Assembly (NCBI GenBank): GCA_964593835.1
Contig: CAZQIQ010000001.1
Location: forward strand, 123,464-187,463
Length of the DNA: 64,000 nt
Direction of reading: 5' to 3'
DNA from: an uncultured Chitinophagaceae bacterium
Lineage (GTDB): Bacteria > Bacteroidota > Bacteroidia > Chitinophagales > Chitinophagaceae
The stretch's first letter is position 1. The number at the start of each line of letters is the position of its first letter. The position numbers were made by a program, and so were the translations under genes. Below are positions 42,101 to 53,081 of this stretch, piece by piece. The notes below the pieces were generated by a model. It had not been told where the DNA came from and ran no database searches. It worked only from the letters and a program-made list of their open reading frames with translations.

Positions 42101-42549
42101 ATATTTTCCTGAATAGCGTAGGAGGAAATGATATATGGAATGTTACCCGCTGGCAGCCATTAAGTCCGGGTGGTGATGTAAGAAATCCAACATCGAGAGA
42201 AATTGAAAACCGATGGACTTCTACTAATACCAATACCGATATTCCGGCTTTCAGTTCATCAAGTGTACAGCATGCACAACAAAGCAGGTTTATTGAAGAC
42301 GCTACATTTATTCGTTTGAACAATCTCTCATTGGGATATACTATGTCTCAGCGGTTTTTGCAAAAACGCGGTATTCAGCAAATGAGATTTTATGCAGGTG
42401 GACAAAATTTGTTTCTGATAACAAAATACAAAGGACTTGATCCGGAATTATCAACAGCTCCTCCTAATACAGATATTGCTCAAGGCATAGACAATCTTAC
42501 CTATCCTTCTTTCAGGACGTTTACTATAGGAATTAAAATGGTTTTATAA
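39175..42549 (+). CDS. susC: SusC/RagA-family TonB-linked outer membrane protein with N-terminal STN signalling domain
   Basis: STN-like segment (ISIKNASINKVISLVHKQTGVKFLY), CarboxypepD_reg, plug (NEVVVVGYGRQRKSDLTGSV) and a C-terminal FRTFTIGIKMVL. Confidence 0.9.
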   Translation: MKKKQCRLYIQLLMKITVVQICLAIICTSTLFAKNAHSQDILEKAVNISIKNASINKVISLVHKQTGVKFLYSSDLIQTSRKMDLDAVNKKLRTVLDETFAKYAITYRVMENRILLYPSNTDSVEFQPTHYIQQNPAFPIRGIIRNENNEAVANASVTLKGTSLGTTTTADGSFSLNIPHNNDIILVITHIEYEVQELAVNGRQDLTITLVLRNNNMNEVVVVGYGRQRKSDLTGSVSVISAKDFEKQPIVRVEDALKARAAGVQVQTPSGAPGTPMKIRIRGSNSINGNNEPLYVIDGFIGGDIRTLNPSDISSIDILKDASSTAIFGSRGANGVVIITTKKGYDGKSSIGVDAFYNLNTITKKFDLLNGWEYMENVNEQNIETGLGAQFTQAEIDAVRANGGTDWQDEVLRNGAIQNYQLSYSGGSEKTKVYLSGNVASQRGIIINSDYTRYGLRANINTTVNKKIDFTFNFNGTFQKSKNNYTYNGRNTPYGQALVFSPNVPIIDPVTNDYSKSPSYGPVADNPVFMAKEWNFDNNHTDLLSNIQVNYKILPDLTFSVGGGINGYQYSNPFFRRNIPETPPSTSSASYSNGISWSYQNTNQLTYQKNFNNKHRLIATAIYEQQVSTSKTNGGYATNFSTIALRYNNMGLGSTQLVNSGFSEWSLQSYLGRVNYTFNDKYLFTATFRADGSSKFQGDNKYGYFPSGAVAWKLSEESFIQNLNIFSELKIRGSYGLTGSQAISPYQTLNVLATGRNYPYNGESLQIGIGPGAPGNPNLKWETTEQTDIGIDAGFFNGRLNITADYYNKKTTDLLLYVIIPAYNGGGQTLKNVGSMRNKGFEFMINSTLVDKKDFNISTTINASFFSNRVLNLGADQEIFTTGGYAEMPTTIVSPFILKVGEPIGQFRGLISEGVWQEKDAAQASLFGNKPGDARYSDLNGDNKIDGADVGKIGSMLPKYSWGWNTTVEFKNWDLNIFLNSVGGNDIWNVTRWQPLSPGGDVRNPTSREIENRWTSTNTNTDIPAFSSSSVQHAQQSRFIEDATFIRLNNLSLGYTMSQRFLQKRGIQQMRFYAGGQNLFLITKYKGLDPELSTAPPNTDIAQGIDNLTYPSFRTFTIGIKMVL

Positions 42550-42563
42550 TTAAATAACCAGCC

Positions 42564-44030
42564 ATGAACTATTTAAATATATTTTTAATCATAATCGCTA
42601 ACATCATTATATCGGGCTGTCAGAAGTTAGCAGAAAAACCAGATGGCTCACTAGTCAGCGAATCTTTTTTTAAAACAGAGTCGGATCTTGCTGCAGCAGT
42701 AACTGCAACGTTTTATCCGCTCGTAAACAATCCCTTTTCAGGTTTTGGTTCAACACGCGTGTGGGTGCCTTTAATGGGAGCCGACGATCTTACTACTATC
42801 CCTGCCGGCAACAAAGACAACTTTCGCGACTTCGATCGTTTTGTTGGATCTGCATTAAATACCGATATGACCAATATTGCATGGGCAGTACCTTATTCAA
42901 TCGTCCATGCAGCCAACAACGTTTTAATGAATTACGAAAAAGTCCAGGGTCGCGAAGAATATATTAAACAATCAGTAGCACAGGTAAGATACTTAAGAGC
43001 TTTTGCTTATTTCTGGATGGTGAGGATATACGGTGATATTCCTCTCATTACATCTACTGAAGTGGACTATGCTGTTACAAAATCCCCTTCATCGGCTATC
43101 TATGATTTAATTATCAGCGACCTTAATGAAGCCAAAGAAAACCTGCCCCCTTCATGGCCAGGAGAGCCCGGAAGGCCAACCGTATGGGCTGCAAAATCTC
43201 TTCTTGCTCAGGTCTATCTTACTATGGCAGGATGGCCTATAAAAGATGAGTCCAAATATGCACTGGCAGCAGCAGAAGCAAAAGACGTTATCGATCAGTC
43301 GGGACAAGATTTGTTGGATAACTTCGCCGATATATGGAAACTTAACAATCAGAATAATAAAGAAATTATCTGGTCAATACAATTTTGCCGGGCCGATATA
43401 TGCGACTGGCCATACATCAGCACACATTCAGGATATGCCACAAATCCATCTGAAGAAGATGGATGGGAAGATGTTTTAATGGAAGTAGGATTTTATAAAC
43501 GTTTTCCTGAAGGACCCAGAAAAGACGCAACATTTCACGATGTATTTTCAACCGGGATTAATTATACCGAAAGCATAAGCAAGCATCCTTTTATCGCAAA
43601 ATATCGCGATGGTACAGATCCTGATCTTCCTAATTTTATTCATCCGTTTTTCTCCAATCGAAATCTAAACTATCTGAGATTTGCAGAGATACTGCTAAAC
43701 TATGCTGAATCACACTCTATGGCTAATGGAGGTCCCGACCAAAGCGACTATGATGCTGTCAATGCTGTAAGAAATCGTGCAGGATTAGCCGATCTTACTC
43801 CGGCTTTATCTAAAATGGCTTTCCGTGATTCTGTAGTAGCAGAAAGAGGATGGGAACTGGCAGGTGAATTCTCCAGATGGTTTGATTTAGTTCGCACTGA
43901 AAAAGTAGAAGAAATGGCTGCACTTAAAGATCCTGTTGATTTACCTCCTTTGACCACACCTTCCCGTGCGCAATACCTTGCTCCCATTCCGCATAGTGAG
44001 GTATTGTTAAACCCTAATTTGGGAAAATGA
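42564..44030 (+). CDS. susD: RagB/SusD-family nutrient-binding outer membrane lipoprotein
   Basis: Lipobox (IISGCQK), VRYLRAFAYFWMVRIYGDIPL, and C-terminal ERGWELAGEFSRWFDLVR. Confidence 0.9.
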   Translation: MNYLNIFLIIIANIIISGCQKLAEKPDGSLVSESFFKTESDLAAAVTATFYPLVNNPFSGFGSTRVWVPLMGADDLTTIPAGNKDNFRDFDRFVGSALNTDMTNIAWAVPYSIVHAANNVLMNYEKVQGREEYIKQSVAQVRYLRAFAYFWMVRIYGDIPLITSTEVDYAVTKSPSSAIYDLIISDLNEAKENLPPSWPGEPGRPTVWAAKSLLAQVYLTMAGWPIKDESKYALAAAEAKDVIDQSGQDLLDNFADIWKLNNQNNKEIIWSIQFCRADICDWPYISTHSGYATNPSEEDGWEDVLMEVGFYKRFPEGPRKDATFHDVFSTGINYTESISKHPFIAKYRDGTDPDLPNFIHPFFSNRNLNYLRFAEILLNYAESHSMANGGPDQSDYDAVNAVRNRAGLADLTPALSKMAFRDSVVAERGWELAGEFSRWFDLVRTEKVEEMAALKDPVDLPPLTTPSRAQYLAPIPHSEVLLNPNLGK

Positions 44031-44055
44031 TATTGTAAGTTTATACAGACTTACA

Positions 44056-44094
44056 AAGGCGGTATATCAATAATGCGATATACCGCCTTTTTGA
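44056..44094 (+). terminator. intrinsic terminator after susD
   Basis: AAAGGCGGTATATC-aataatgc-GATATACCGCCTTTTTG. Confidence 0.6.
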
Positions 44095-44375
44095 TTATAA
44101 TTATTGTAACAAACTTCAAAGAAAAATTAATAAATCAGCTATATCATCTTTATGCTGAATAAATACGTCAGCTGCACAATCAGACTTTCTCAAAACCTTC
44201 ATCCTTATTTTACAAAATACCCAAAAACATATACTAAATAATATATAGAACATACTATTCATATTAATTAAGAAAATCTGACAATGTTCTCACTTTTTCA
44301 ATAATCAAATATTATGCTGTATACTCTTTGACTTATAAATGTTTAGTCATAATTTAGAAAATCAATCTTATCAAA

Positions 44376-44912
44376 ATGAAAAAAATATTGGCGTTCTGCA
44401 TTATTCTGGCAGTATGCAGTTTCTCTTGCAAGAAGGAGAGTAAAAATGAAGATTTTCATATTACCTGTAAAATCGATGGCGAATCCAAAAGTTTTAACTC
44501 AGTCATGTTATCAGGCAACCTCATTAATAATGACAAAAGGGGATTCGTTATCACGGGTCAATCCAAATTATCAGCAGAGGCAGATGCATTTGGAGTTGTC
44601 ATTGTAGACCCGGAAAACGATAAAATCGTCACAACCGGAACTTACACCGATGGAAGTAGCGATTATCAAGTATTAGCCACCTATCATCAAAATGAAAATA
44701 ATGGTGATTATGAAGCCGGATACGAAATGTATAATAATTCAGTACGATATAGTATTCCCATCAAAAACAATTTTACCATCACTATATCTTCGTTAGACCA
44801 AAATACTGCGAGGGGAACATTCAGCGGTGATTTTTTTCTTGACGGCAATCTTGAAGGCAACAAGAGAACTATTACTGAAGGTAGTTTTTACGTACAATTA
44901 GCTAAAGAATAA
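44376..44912 (+). CDS. small PUL-associated lipoprotein (paralogue of 1708..2232)
   Basis: Lipobox (VCSFSCKKE). Shares the TTGTYTDG...ITISSLDQNTARGTFSGDFF...ITEGSFYVQL pattern with the other paralogue. Confidence 0.7.
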   Translation: MKKILAFCIILAVCSFSCKKESKNEDFHITCKIDGESKSFNSVMLSGNLINNDKRGFVITGQSKLSAEADAFGVVIVDPENDKIVTTGTYTDGSSDYQVLATYHQNENNGDYEAGYEMYNNSVRYSIPIKNNFTITISSLDQNTARGTFSGDFFLDGNLEGNKRTITEGSFYVQLAKE

Positions 44913-45457
44913 TAGAGTTTATTGTCAAAATAATTACTATAATCTATTATAGAAATAACTTATTACTCAGTTGTTTCTATAATAGAAGGATTTTTATCAC
45001 CACACCTGTTGGGTAAACATAAATGTATTCTGTTAATCTTATTTACCTGTAAGGTATCCCTTTTATCTTCTCTACTACTAACAGGTTTATTTACAACATC
45101 AACTCAGTAAGTAAAACTGAGTTTTTATAATTTAATACCAACTTGTGATGTATAGCATATCTAGAATTATATCCTATTAAGCAATAAACCATTCAGCCTA
45201 CATTGTATATATACTATATATTATATTTAATATTCAAGTAAAAAATCATTGGGTAATACAATGATAAATGAAAAGCATATTGGATCATGAATAATATAAA
45301 CGAAAATATATTCCATTACAGCTATCTAAGTAAAATTCAGTCTTTGAGCTTTTGACACATTCTCGTCATTGTATTCATTATCTTTGGATACACATTTTCA
45401 ATCCTAAGCAATTCCTGTTTTTTTAAACATGTAATTATAATAAATTTTTCAGCGCAC

Positions 45458-46900
45458 GTGAAGCAATATCAACTACCAAAGATCAAGTTCATCCTCAGCA
45501 TTTTAACGATGTTAACGACCAGCTTTTCGGCATCTGCCATTCTACGTCTGCCCAATGCGGTATCAGACAATATGGTGCTACAACGCGAAACAAAAGCTAC
45601 CCTTTGGGGATGGTCTGGAGTGAGGGATAAGATCTATATCACCACTTCATGGAATAATATTACTGATTCTACTTTAGCTAACGGTGATGGTAAATGGAAA
45701 ATAGAGATCCCCACTCCTGCTGCAGGTGGGCCATATACTATCACATTTAAGGGCCGTGATTCCGCTATTGTGCTAAATAACATTATGATAGGTGAAGTAT
45801 GGCTTTGTTCAGGGCAATCGAATATGGAATGGCGTGCTTCATATGGATTGCCGGAAATGGAGAATGAAATCCATAACAGCTACAACTATAATATAAGACT
45901 ACTTTCAGTAGCAAGGGCCAGTGCTGAATATCCTCAGGAAGATCATCCGGCACGCTGGTCCGTATGTACACCTTCTACAGCCAATGAATTCAGTGCGGTC
46001 GGATATTACTTTGGCAAAAAGCTACACGAGACTTTAGGTGTTCCCATAGGTCTTATTGATGCAACATGGGGAGGTACCATGGCTGAGCATTGGACACCTG
46101 TCAGTAAGCTGAATACAGATAGTATTCTGCAGAAAGCTGGTAATAATATACCTCCTCATCAATATTATCCTGCAAAAGCCGGCAGCTTATATAATGGAAT
46201 GATTGCACCGTTTATCAACTATACAATTAACGGTGTGATATGGTATCAGGGAGAATCTAACACTCACGCTACTGCTATATATCCACGTTTACACACTGCC
46301 CTCATTGACAGTTGGCGCGAAGCATGGGGCAAAGATTTTTCATTTTATTTTGTTCAGATTGCTCCATTTAATTATGGAACTCCGTACTGCGCTGCTTTAC
46401 TCAGGGAAGCACAAACAGTAGCAGCGAAACATACTAAAACAGGAATGATTGTCATTACAGATTTGGTGGAAGATATTAATGATATTCATCCACGTCAAAA
46501 GAAAGGTGTTGCGGAGCGCCTGGCTAATATGGCTCTAGCAGAAACATATGGAAAAACAGGAATCGCTTATAAAAGCCCTGAATATAAAAGTATAAGAACA
46601 ATCAAAAACACCCTTGTTGTTGAATTTGATAATGCTCAGGATGGCCTTATTTTAAAAGGAAACAATAAAAAAGCAACTGAATTTTATATTGCTGGTGATG
46701 ACCGTCAATTTTTACCGGCAGAGGTTCGCCTTAAAGGCAACACTGTAGTATTAACCAATAAACAGATCAAAAAACCTGTGGCTGCACGTTTTGGATTCAG
46801 CAATGCTGCTATCGGAAATATTTTTAACAAAAGCGGACTTCCTGTTAATCCTTTTAGAACAGATGACTGGCCTGTTGATATGAGTAAAAAGAATAATTAA
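45458..46900 (+). CDS. sialate O-acetylesterase-like SGNH hydrolase
   Basis: GEVWLCSGQSNMEW and GVIWYQGESN blocks. GTG start followed by a signal peptide. Confidence 0.85.
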   Translation: MKQYQLPKIKFILSILTMLTTSFSASAILRLPNAVSDNMVLQRETKATLWGWSGVRDKIYITTSWNNITDSTLANGDGKWKIEIPTPAAGGPYTITFKGRDSAIVLNNIMIGEVWLCSGQSNMEWRASYGLPEMENEIHNSYNYNIRLLSVARASAEYPQEDHPARWSVCTPSTANEFSAVGYYFGKKLHETLGVPIGLIDATWGGTMAEHWTPVSKLNTDSILQKAGNNIPPHQYYPAKAGSLYNGMIAPFINYTINGVIWYQGESNTHATAIYPRLHTALIDSWREAWGKDFSFYFVQIAPFNYGTPYCAALLREAQTVAAKHTKTGMIVITDLVEDINDIHPRQKKGVAERLANMALAETYGKTGIAYKSPEYKSIRTIKNTLVVEFDNAQDGLILKGNNKKATEFYIAGDDRQFLPAEVRLKGNTVVLTNKQIKKPVAARFGFSNAAIGNIFNKSGLPVNPFRTDDWPVDMSKKNN

Positions 46901-47218
46901 TACAATATCGAAACCTCATTATTCCAAACAATCAGTAAGAAATAAACTCATTTGTGTAATGCATAATTTATTGCTTACTGATTGTTAAATTAATATTACA
47001 CCTCCGCATTTAATCATATACTATTTATTAAACGTCTCTGGATAATACAGATATTGTTCGCAGAACAAATCACTCAGTTATATGTCAAATATTAATTCAT
47101 TGCAATCAGCAATCTAAACATCTTTTATAGATTAAGATTTTGGAGCATGGATAATCATTGTTACGATCTTTCTTAATTTTTGCATGGAGAGTGACACATA
47201 TAAACGAGAAAAAACCTA

Positions 47219-47950
47219 TTACTTAATATATTCAATATCATCGAGCCTGACAATATTATTCAGATCGGCAATATCATATAACAACAATCCATCGGTTACA
47301 TAACAAATGAGCAAATCATCATATACAATTACGTCACGGTAGGCAGCATCTGCAATTGTATGTGTAATCTTAGGCAAGGAGGGGTTCTTTACATTCACTA
47401 CGTCCAGACCTGCATCCCGACAAACAAATACAACGGAATCCTTCAATCCTAATCCATAAGGATTATCAAGTTTCAATAAGCTGACCTGTACAGGTTTCTG
47501 AATATCCTGGATATCATAAATATACAATCCTGCAGTGGCAGGTCCGCAAGCAGAACCAGACCGGAGTGTAACATAAGAATACTTATTGTTAGCAACAACC
47601 GGATCACAGCTTCTGGTATGCAATGCCTGTCCCAGTTTTTTAGGTTCACGAGGATCTTCAATGGAATAAATAAACATTCCATCTCTGGAGCCTATAAATA
47701 ATTTATCGTCATATGGAAAGATGGTTTCAACACCAAATCCTACAGGAGTTACCCCTTTTAACCGCAAGCTATCCAGATCGGATATGTCGTAAGTTTTTAT
47801 ATTATTATGATCAGCGATATACAAATAATTACCTACAACCGTGAACCTTGCCAGTGATCCGCCATTACCTGAACTTCGTGAATTTACTGCTGCATCCTTG
47901 TTACATCCCAAGGCAAATAAAATAGCCACAAATAAGTATACTTGTTTCAT
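47219..47950 (-). CDS. LVIVD-repeat-like beta-propeller lipoprotein
   Basis: Lipobox (ALGCNKD). Repeated motifs: LYIADHNNIKTYDISD, MFIYSIEDPREPK, LYIYDIQDIQKP, LDVVNVKNPSLP and LLLYDIADLNN. Confidence 0.65.
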   Translation of the reverse strand: MKQVYLFVAILFALGCNKDAAVNSRSSGNGGSLARFTVVGNYLYIADHNNIKTYDISDLDSLRLKGVTPVGFGVETIFPYDDKLFIGSRDGMFIYSIEDPREPKKLGQALHTRSCDPVVANNKYSYVTLRSGSACGPATAGLYIYDIQDIQKPVQVSLLKLDNPYGLGLKDSVVFVCRDAGLDVVNVKNPSLPKITHTIADAAYRDVIVYDDLLICYVTDGLLLYDIADLNNIVRLDDIEYIK

Positions 47951-47959
47951 AAATAATAT

Positions 47960-48496
47960 TTAATTGAAATAGCACATATTATAAACAGAATCTCTTACCC
48001 ACTCCTTTACTACTCCCATATTTCCCTGAATACATTCATAATAAACACCATGTTCGGGTAAGTTGGTGGGAATATGATCTTCGTACTCATAAGCGTTGAA
48101 AGCATGTTTTACCCTACTGACTAATTTAATATTCTGTAAATCGGCAATATCAATCACTACCAGATCAGCATACACATTTGTTATTAAATTGTTACCGGAA
48201 ATAGAAATTTCAGATGCTCCCTGAACATTAATAAACCCTATCTCTTCTAACGCAGAAGGATCTGTTTTATCAAAAACATGTATTCCACTATTCTGATCAA
48301 GCTGATAAATATATTTATCCTTTACATAAATTTTCCCGGCCTTCAGCATAGCTCTCGGTGGTTCTAAACTTATCGCGATAGTATCGGTGTATATCGGTCG
48401 GTAACCCCAGACCTTTACATATTCGGGCGTGGAAACAGGTTTCCAGCAGGATGTAAATATGCTTACAAAAAGGAGGAAAAATATAGGTAGTTTCAT
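47960..48496 (-). CDS. LVIVD-repeat-like lipoprotein (N-terminal-type module)
   Basis: Lipobox (IFTSCWKP). Motifs GIHVFDKTDPSALEEI and DLVVIDIADLQNIKLV. Lies 9 bp upstream of the next lipoprotein gene. Confidence 0.6.
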   Translation of the reverse strand: MKLPIFFLLFVSIFTSCWKPVSTPEYVKVWGYRPIYTDTIAISLEPPRAMLKAGKIYVKDKYIYQLDQNSGIHVFDKTDPSALEEIGFINVQGASEISISGNNLITNVYADLVVIDIADLQNIKLVSRVKHAFNAYEYEDHIPTNLPEHGVYYECIQGNMGVVKEWVRDSVYNMCYFN

Positions 48497-49338
48497 GGCC
48501 GTACTGACATTACAATCTGCACCAGCGTTGCACCTATTTATCCAAGGGGATCTTTATGTCAATTTTATGACAATAGGTATTCTTGCAACTGTTACTATTA
48601 TATTATCAAAAAACGGATAGCATTTTAAATGCATTATTTACCTATCTACCGGTGTATTGCAAAGCTGCGTATAATAGATAGTTATCGTTTTGTATTTACC
48701 CTATTTATAATCTTCTTATACCAGACATTAATTAAAGTGGATATTTCGTACCTATTTCAACTACCTTTTATTTCAAAAGTGGATTTAAATAATTTTTCCT
48801 ACGCTTCAGCTATCTGGATAAATGTCATATGATTTATCGGACAGTGTCGTTTACATCTGTTTTTTTAAATGCTTCATTATTTTCAGATGCATTTTACATT
48901 GACAAAACCAATTCATTTTTAAACACTCATCCTCAAAAGCTTCCGTTAAAGGATTCCGTAAAACATTGTCCTTTTAACCCCCTCCTTAATACAGGATATT
49001 TAAAATCGGTGTCGATATTTTGCATAGGCCTTATAACACTTAAGTTAAGCTTTAAGTTATTTATCGAACTGAATAGTCTGAAACAGCTATTCTATCTCTT
49101 CTCACTTAACATAACTTATTAATTGGATAGGCGTTGTTTTAAGATTTCCTGTGAGGAAATTCAAAACCACCGATAGTCAGCTAATATAAACGCTCTTTTT
49201 AATCAAAGATACCTTATGAAGAATGGTTTATTTTAAGCGGCTCGTGATCCGTTCAAAATAACGTTGATACATTCTCGCATTATGGATGAAGATTAATTGA
49301 TTTTTATAATGAGTAGTAAACTTCCGTTATAGCGTTAA

Positions 49339-49593
49339 TTAACGTAAATATTTATGTAACGCTTCTCCTATCGCCTTCACAAAATCAACCTTAACCGTTA
49401 GCCTGATATCGATATCCTCAATAATAGCCCGGAAATTCCGCTCTTCATCCGGTTCAAAAACAATTTCTGATTCGTCTATCATAATATGTATCCTATAGCT
49501 ATATCCCCAACGCTCAAATTTTCCATACATAATAGTTTCCTGCCCTTTATATATTACTGGTAATTCGAATGATTCGTCATCAGAAACTGTCAT
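49339..49593 (-). CDS. hypothetical small protein (84 aa)
   Basis: ATG-initiated ORF with a balanced composition. No recognisable family. Confidence 0.4.
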   Translation of the reverse strand: MTVSDDESFELPVIYKGQETIMYGKFERWGYSYRIHIMIDESEIVFEPDEERNFRAIIEDIDIRLTVKVDFVKAIGEALHKYLR

Positions 49594-50004
49594 AATTAAT
49601 TATTGAAGGGCTTATATATTTCTTAAAGAGATAACAATAATACTAAATAATTAATATACACGAAAGCTAACATAACTGCAGTTAGGTATTATAATTAAAT
49701 AGCAAATACTTGTTTACAACCTACTTCATTAACGGTAATACTCTCGTCAAATGCACTAATAATGTATACAAATGAAACAAATTCAGAAACCAAAATGAGA
49801 AACTACTAAATCTCAAACGAAACCAGGCATGCTTCCTGAAAACATTCACCTATACTCATGATACCAAACCACAAAATTCAATAATTGGCGTCTGCCCTAA
49901 CCAATAGCAAAAGAAAATCAACAATCATCTAATTTTATTACAAAAATGAAAGAATACGATACTTAATTAACTGTTCAGTATATTTTATCAGTCAGTGTAT
50001 ATCC

Positions 50005-50289
50005 TTATACTAATAACAAAAAATTCTTTGTACAGAGTATGAGTACCATCCCTACAATGCCTCCAATCACTGAGGCGACAGCATCTTTTACATCATAATG
50101 CCCCAGACCAGACAATTTAGAAAATAGCTCAAAGCCATAGCTGATTGCTATAACTAATAGACCAACAATCAAACTTATAGCAACAGTAGAGTATGGAAGC
50201 AACCAAAAACCTACCACCTGCAGAAAAGCACCCATGGCAATACCTACATAAAAATGTTTCCACTTATCTGGCTGTATATTCTGAAACAA
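50005..50289 (-). CDS. hypothetical small membrane protein (94 aa, 3 TM)
   Basis: Three hydrophobic segments and an N-terminal DKWKHF motif. Confidence 0.45.
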   Translation of the reverse strand: MFQNIQPDKWKHFYVGIAMGAFLQVVGFWLLPYSTVAISLIVGLLVIAISYGFELFSKLSGLGHYDVKDAVASVIGGIVGMVLILCTKNFLLLV

Positions 50290-50543
50290 CGAAATATTAA
50301 TTAGTTGTTAAGTTGATTATTGGCTGTAAAAATAAGCACATTCTGTATGTCCCCATTATCAAAGAGTCATTAACAATATCAGTGTGTATACATTAAGTTA
50401 ATCCCTGCTTTGGAGATATACAAATATTCAATCATTTTCATGATCAGCTATCTCAATAAATACTGCGACTCAATACAGACAACACTTAACAACCCTCTGT
50501 TCAATAATTTCAATATATAAATTATTTCAGTTGGATATTCTCA

Positions 50544-51728
50544 CTAGTGTTCATAAGGCCTATTCAATTTACATTCCGGATTTAATTGTACACCAAAACC
50601 CGGAGCATCAAGTGTGCTTGCTTTTATTTTTCCATTCACCGGCACAGGCTCTCCTAATAATAATGGAGTAAACATAGGAACAACTTCATCAGCTTTTGGT
50701 GCCATCATTAAAAACTCAGCAAAAGGACTATTATGTCGCGTAATCACAAAATGATAACTATACACAGAGGATCCATGAGGAACGACCATCATATTATGCG
50801 CGTCAGCAAGTGCTGATATTTTAATTAATTCAGTTATACCACCGCACCAACCTACATCAGGCTGAATAATATCACAACAACCCATTTCCATCAATAGACG
50901 AAACCCCCAACGGGTCGCTTCATGTTCGCCTGTCGTAACCAACATTCCTTTTGGAACATTTTTTCTAAGCGCTGCATAGCCCCAATAATCGTCAGGTGGT
51001 AAACACTCTTCTATCCATTTTAATCCATATTTATGTGCCCCATGTGCAAGCTTTGTTGCATAATTTACATCCAGGCTCATCCAGCAATCCAACATCAACC
51101 AAAAATCATCTCCTACTCTATTTCTCATTTCTTCAATCTCCGCAAGATTTTTTTTCAAACCATCCTCACCTTCAGCAGGACCATGATGCAGAGGCATTTT
51201 TCCACCGATAAATCCCATTTGCTGGGCAAGATCTGGTCTCGCGCCAGTTGCGTAAAACGATAGTTCATCCCTGACCGGTCCTCCCAGCAAATGATGGACA
51301 GGCTCTTTTCTTATTTTACCAAGAAGATCCCAGAGTGCGAGATCAACTCCTGAAATAGTATTTATGACTACTCCTTTGCGTCCATAAAAAAGTGTAGCGT
51401 TATACATCTGATCCCAAAATTTTTCAATATCAGTAACGCGCTGTCCTTCCAAAAATCTGGATAAATGTTTTTCCACTATGTACGCCCCAACTTCACCGGC
51501 GGTGGTGACACCCAGTCCTATATTTCCATCGGATGCTTCTATTTCAACCACAAGCGTTCCCAATACATTTATCCCAAATGATTGTCTGCTTTGCCTGTAC
51601 TTTTCATACTTGCTCATGGGAGTTGAAATATGATCATCAATCCAGTGTCCTCCCTTTTGATCATGATAGTCAGCGCCCCCACCTCTCACGGTGTAAGCAC
51701 GAACTTGTTTAATAATAGGTGTGTTCAT
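50544..51728 (-). CDS. rhmD: L-rhamnonate dehydratase (enolase superfamily)
   Basis: Near-collinear match by eye to E. coli RhmD/YfaW. Examples: [107 protein letters not shown] and LNRPYEH. Confidence 0.9.
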   Translation of the reverse strand: MNTPIIKQVRAYTVRGGGADYHDQKGGHWIDDHISTPMSKYEKYRQSRQSFGINVLGTLVVEIEASDGNIGLGVTTAGEVGAYIVEKHLSRFLEGQRVTDIEKFWDQMYNATLFYGRKGVVINTISGVDLALWDLLGKIRKEPVHHLLGGPVRDELSFYATGARPDLAQQMGFIGGKMPLHHGPAEGEDGLKKNLAEIEEMRNRVGDDFWLMLDCWMSLDVNYATKLAHGAHKYGLKWIEECLPPDDYWGYAALRKNVPKGMLVTTGEHEATRWGFRLLMEMGCCDIIQPDVGWCGGITELIKISALADAHNMMVVPHGSSVYSYHFVITRHNSPFAEFLMMAPKADEVVPMFTPLLLGEPVPVNGKIKASTLDAPGFGVQLNPECKLNRPYEH

Positions 51729-51738
51729 ATTTATAAGT

Positions 51739-53046
51739 TTAATTGTTATTTTTTAGGTTGACCTGCCCCGTTATTCCCAGACGGTTAATGGCAACAATTA
51801 ATATAGCACCGAGAAATGCAAAGCCACTTAGCACATACAGACCTGCCGCTTCGGAATGAAAATAAGTCTCGGCCCAGATCTTTGCATTAGGCGCAACAAA
51901 AGCACCAAGCGCACCAAGAGCATTGATCATTCCTATTCCACCTGCAGCAGCAGAACCTGCCAGATAGCCGGTGGGAAAAGTCCAGAATATTGGTTGTACA
52001 GCTATTAATCCGGCAGCAGCAAAACACAATGATACCAGCGCTATCAATGGCAATCCCGAAGCAGCAGAACCTGCAATACCAACACCACCTAATGCGAGAA
52101 CGATACAGGAAATAATTCTGCGCTCGCCGGTCTTATCTGAGAAACGAGGTACCCACCACGCAGCTGCAAATGCGCATATCCATGGTATGGACGTAACCAC
52201 TCCTACTAACAAACCGATATTCTGCCCCATCAAATCTGCTACCTGTGCAGGAATGTAATACACCACACCATATACGCTTGCCTGTATCAAAAAATAGATC
52301 AGGCACAGATATAGCACTGCAGGATTTGACAATGTTTTAATAACGGTATTTGGACCGTGAGCCTGTTTTTGGGATTCTTCTGCATCAATGGTATTTTGAA
52401 TCAACGTTCTTTCTTCATTGTTCAACCATTTCGCGTTGACGGGTTTATTATCAAGATACCAGAACGCCCATACTCCAACAATACTTGCCATAATACCCTC
52501 TATAAGAAACATCCATTGCCAACCCTTCAAGCCTGCGGCACCATCCATTCCAATAAGTAAACCAGACAGTGGTCCGCCGAAAATAAATGCCAGTGGGGCG
52601 CCAAAATAGAACAACCCAAGTGCACGACCACGTTTGTTTGCCGGAAACCAATAAGAGATATATAAAATCACACCCGGAAAAAAACCTGCTTCTGCAACGC
52701 CTAATAAAAAACGAAGCAAATAGAATATTCTTTCAGAGTGTGCGAACATCATGGCAGCAGAGATGATACCCCATGTAACCATTATCCTGCACATCCATAT
52801 GCGTGCACCTATACGATGCATGATAAGATTAGAAGGAATTTCAAAAAGAGAATATCCCAGAAAAAATATTCCCGCGCCGAATGCAAACATGGCATCAGAA
52901 ATACCGGTATCTATCTGAAAAGATGTTTTGGCAAATCCCAGATTAGCTCGATCAAGAAAAGACAAAACATACATGAGTAGCAGGAATGGAATCAGCCGTT
53001 TCGTAACCTTCGAAATTGTGCGATCCATTAGATCTGTATGGAGCAT
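51739..53046 (-). CDS. MFS transporter, anion:cation symporter (ACS) type, probable acid-sugar importer
   Basis: 12-TM MFS with [11 protein letters not shown] and a GPLSGLL-type block. Operonic with rhmD, separated by a 10-bp gap. Confidence 0.85.
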   Translation of the reverse strand: MLHTDLMDRTISKVTKRLIPFLLLMYVLSFLDRANLGFAKTSFQIDTGISDAMFAFGAGIFFLGYSLFEIPSNLIMHRIGARIWMCRIMVTWGIISAAMMFAHSERIFYLLRFLLGVAEAGFFPGVILYISYWFPANKRGRALGLFYFGAPLAFIFGGPLSGLLIGMDGAAGLKGWQWMFLIEGIMASIVGVWAFWYLDNKPVNAKWLNNEERTLIQNTIDAEESQKQAHGPNTVIKTLSNPAVLYLCLIYFLIQASVYGVVYYIPAQVADLMGQNIGLLVGVVTSIPWICAFAAAWWVPRFSDKTGERRIISCIVLALGGVGIAGSAASGLPLIALVSLCFAAAGLIAVQPIFWTFPTGYLAGSAAAGGIGMINALGALGAFVAPNAKIWAETYFHSEAAGLYVLSGFAFLGAILIVAINRLGITGQVNLKNNN

Positions 53047-53081
53047 CGTTAAATCTATTTAATACCCGTTACCGGAAATAA

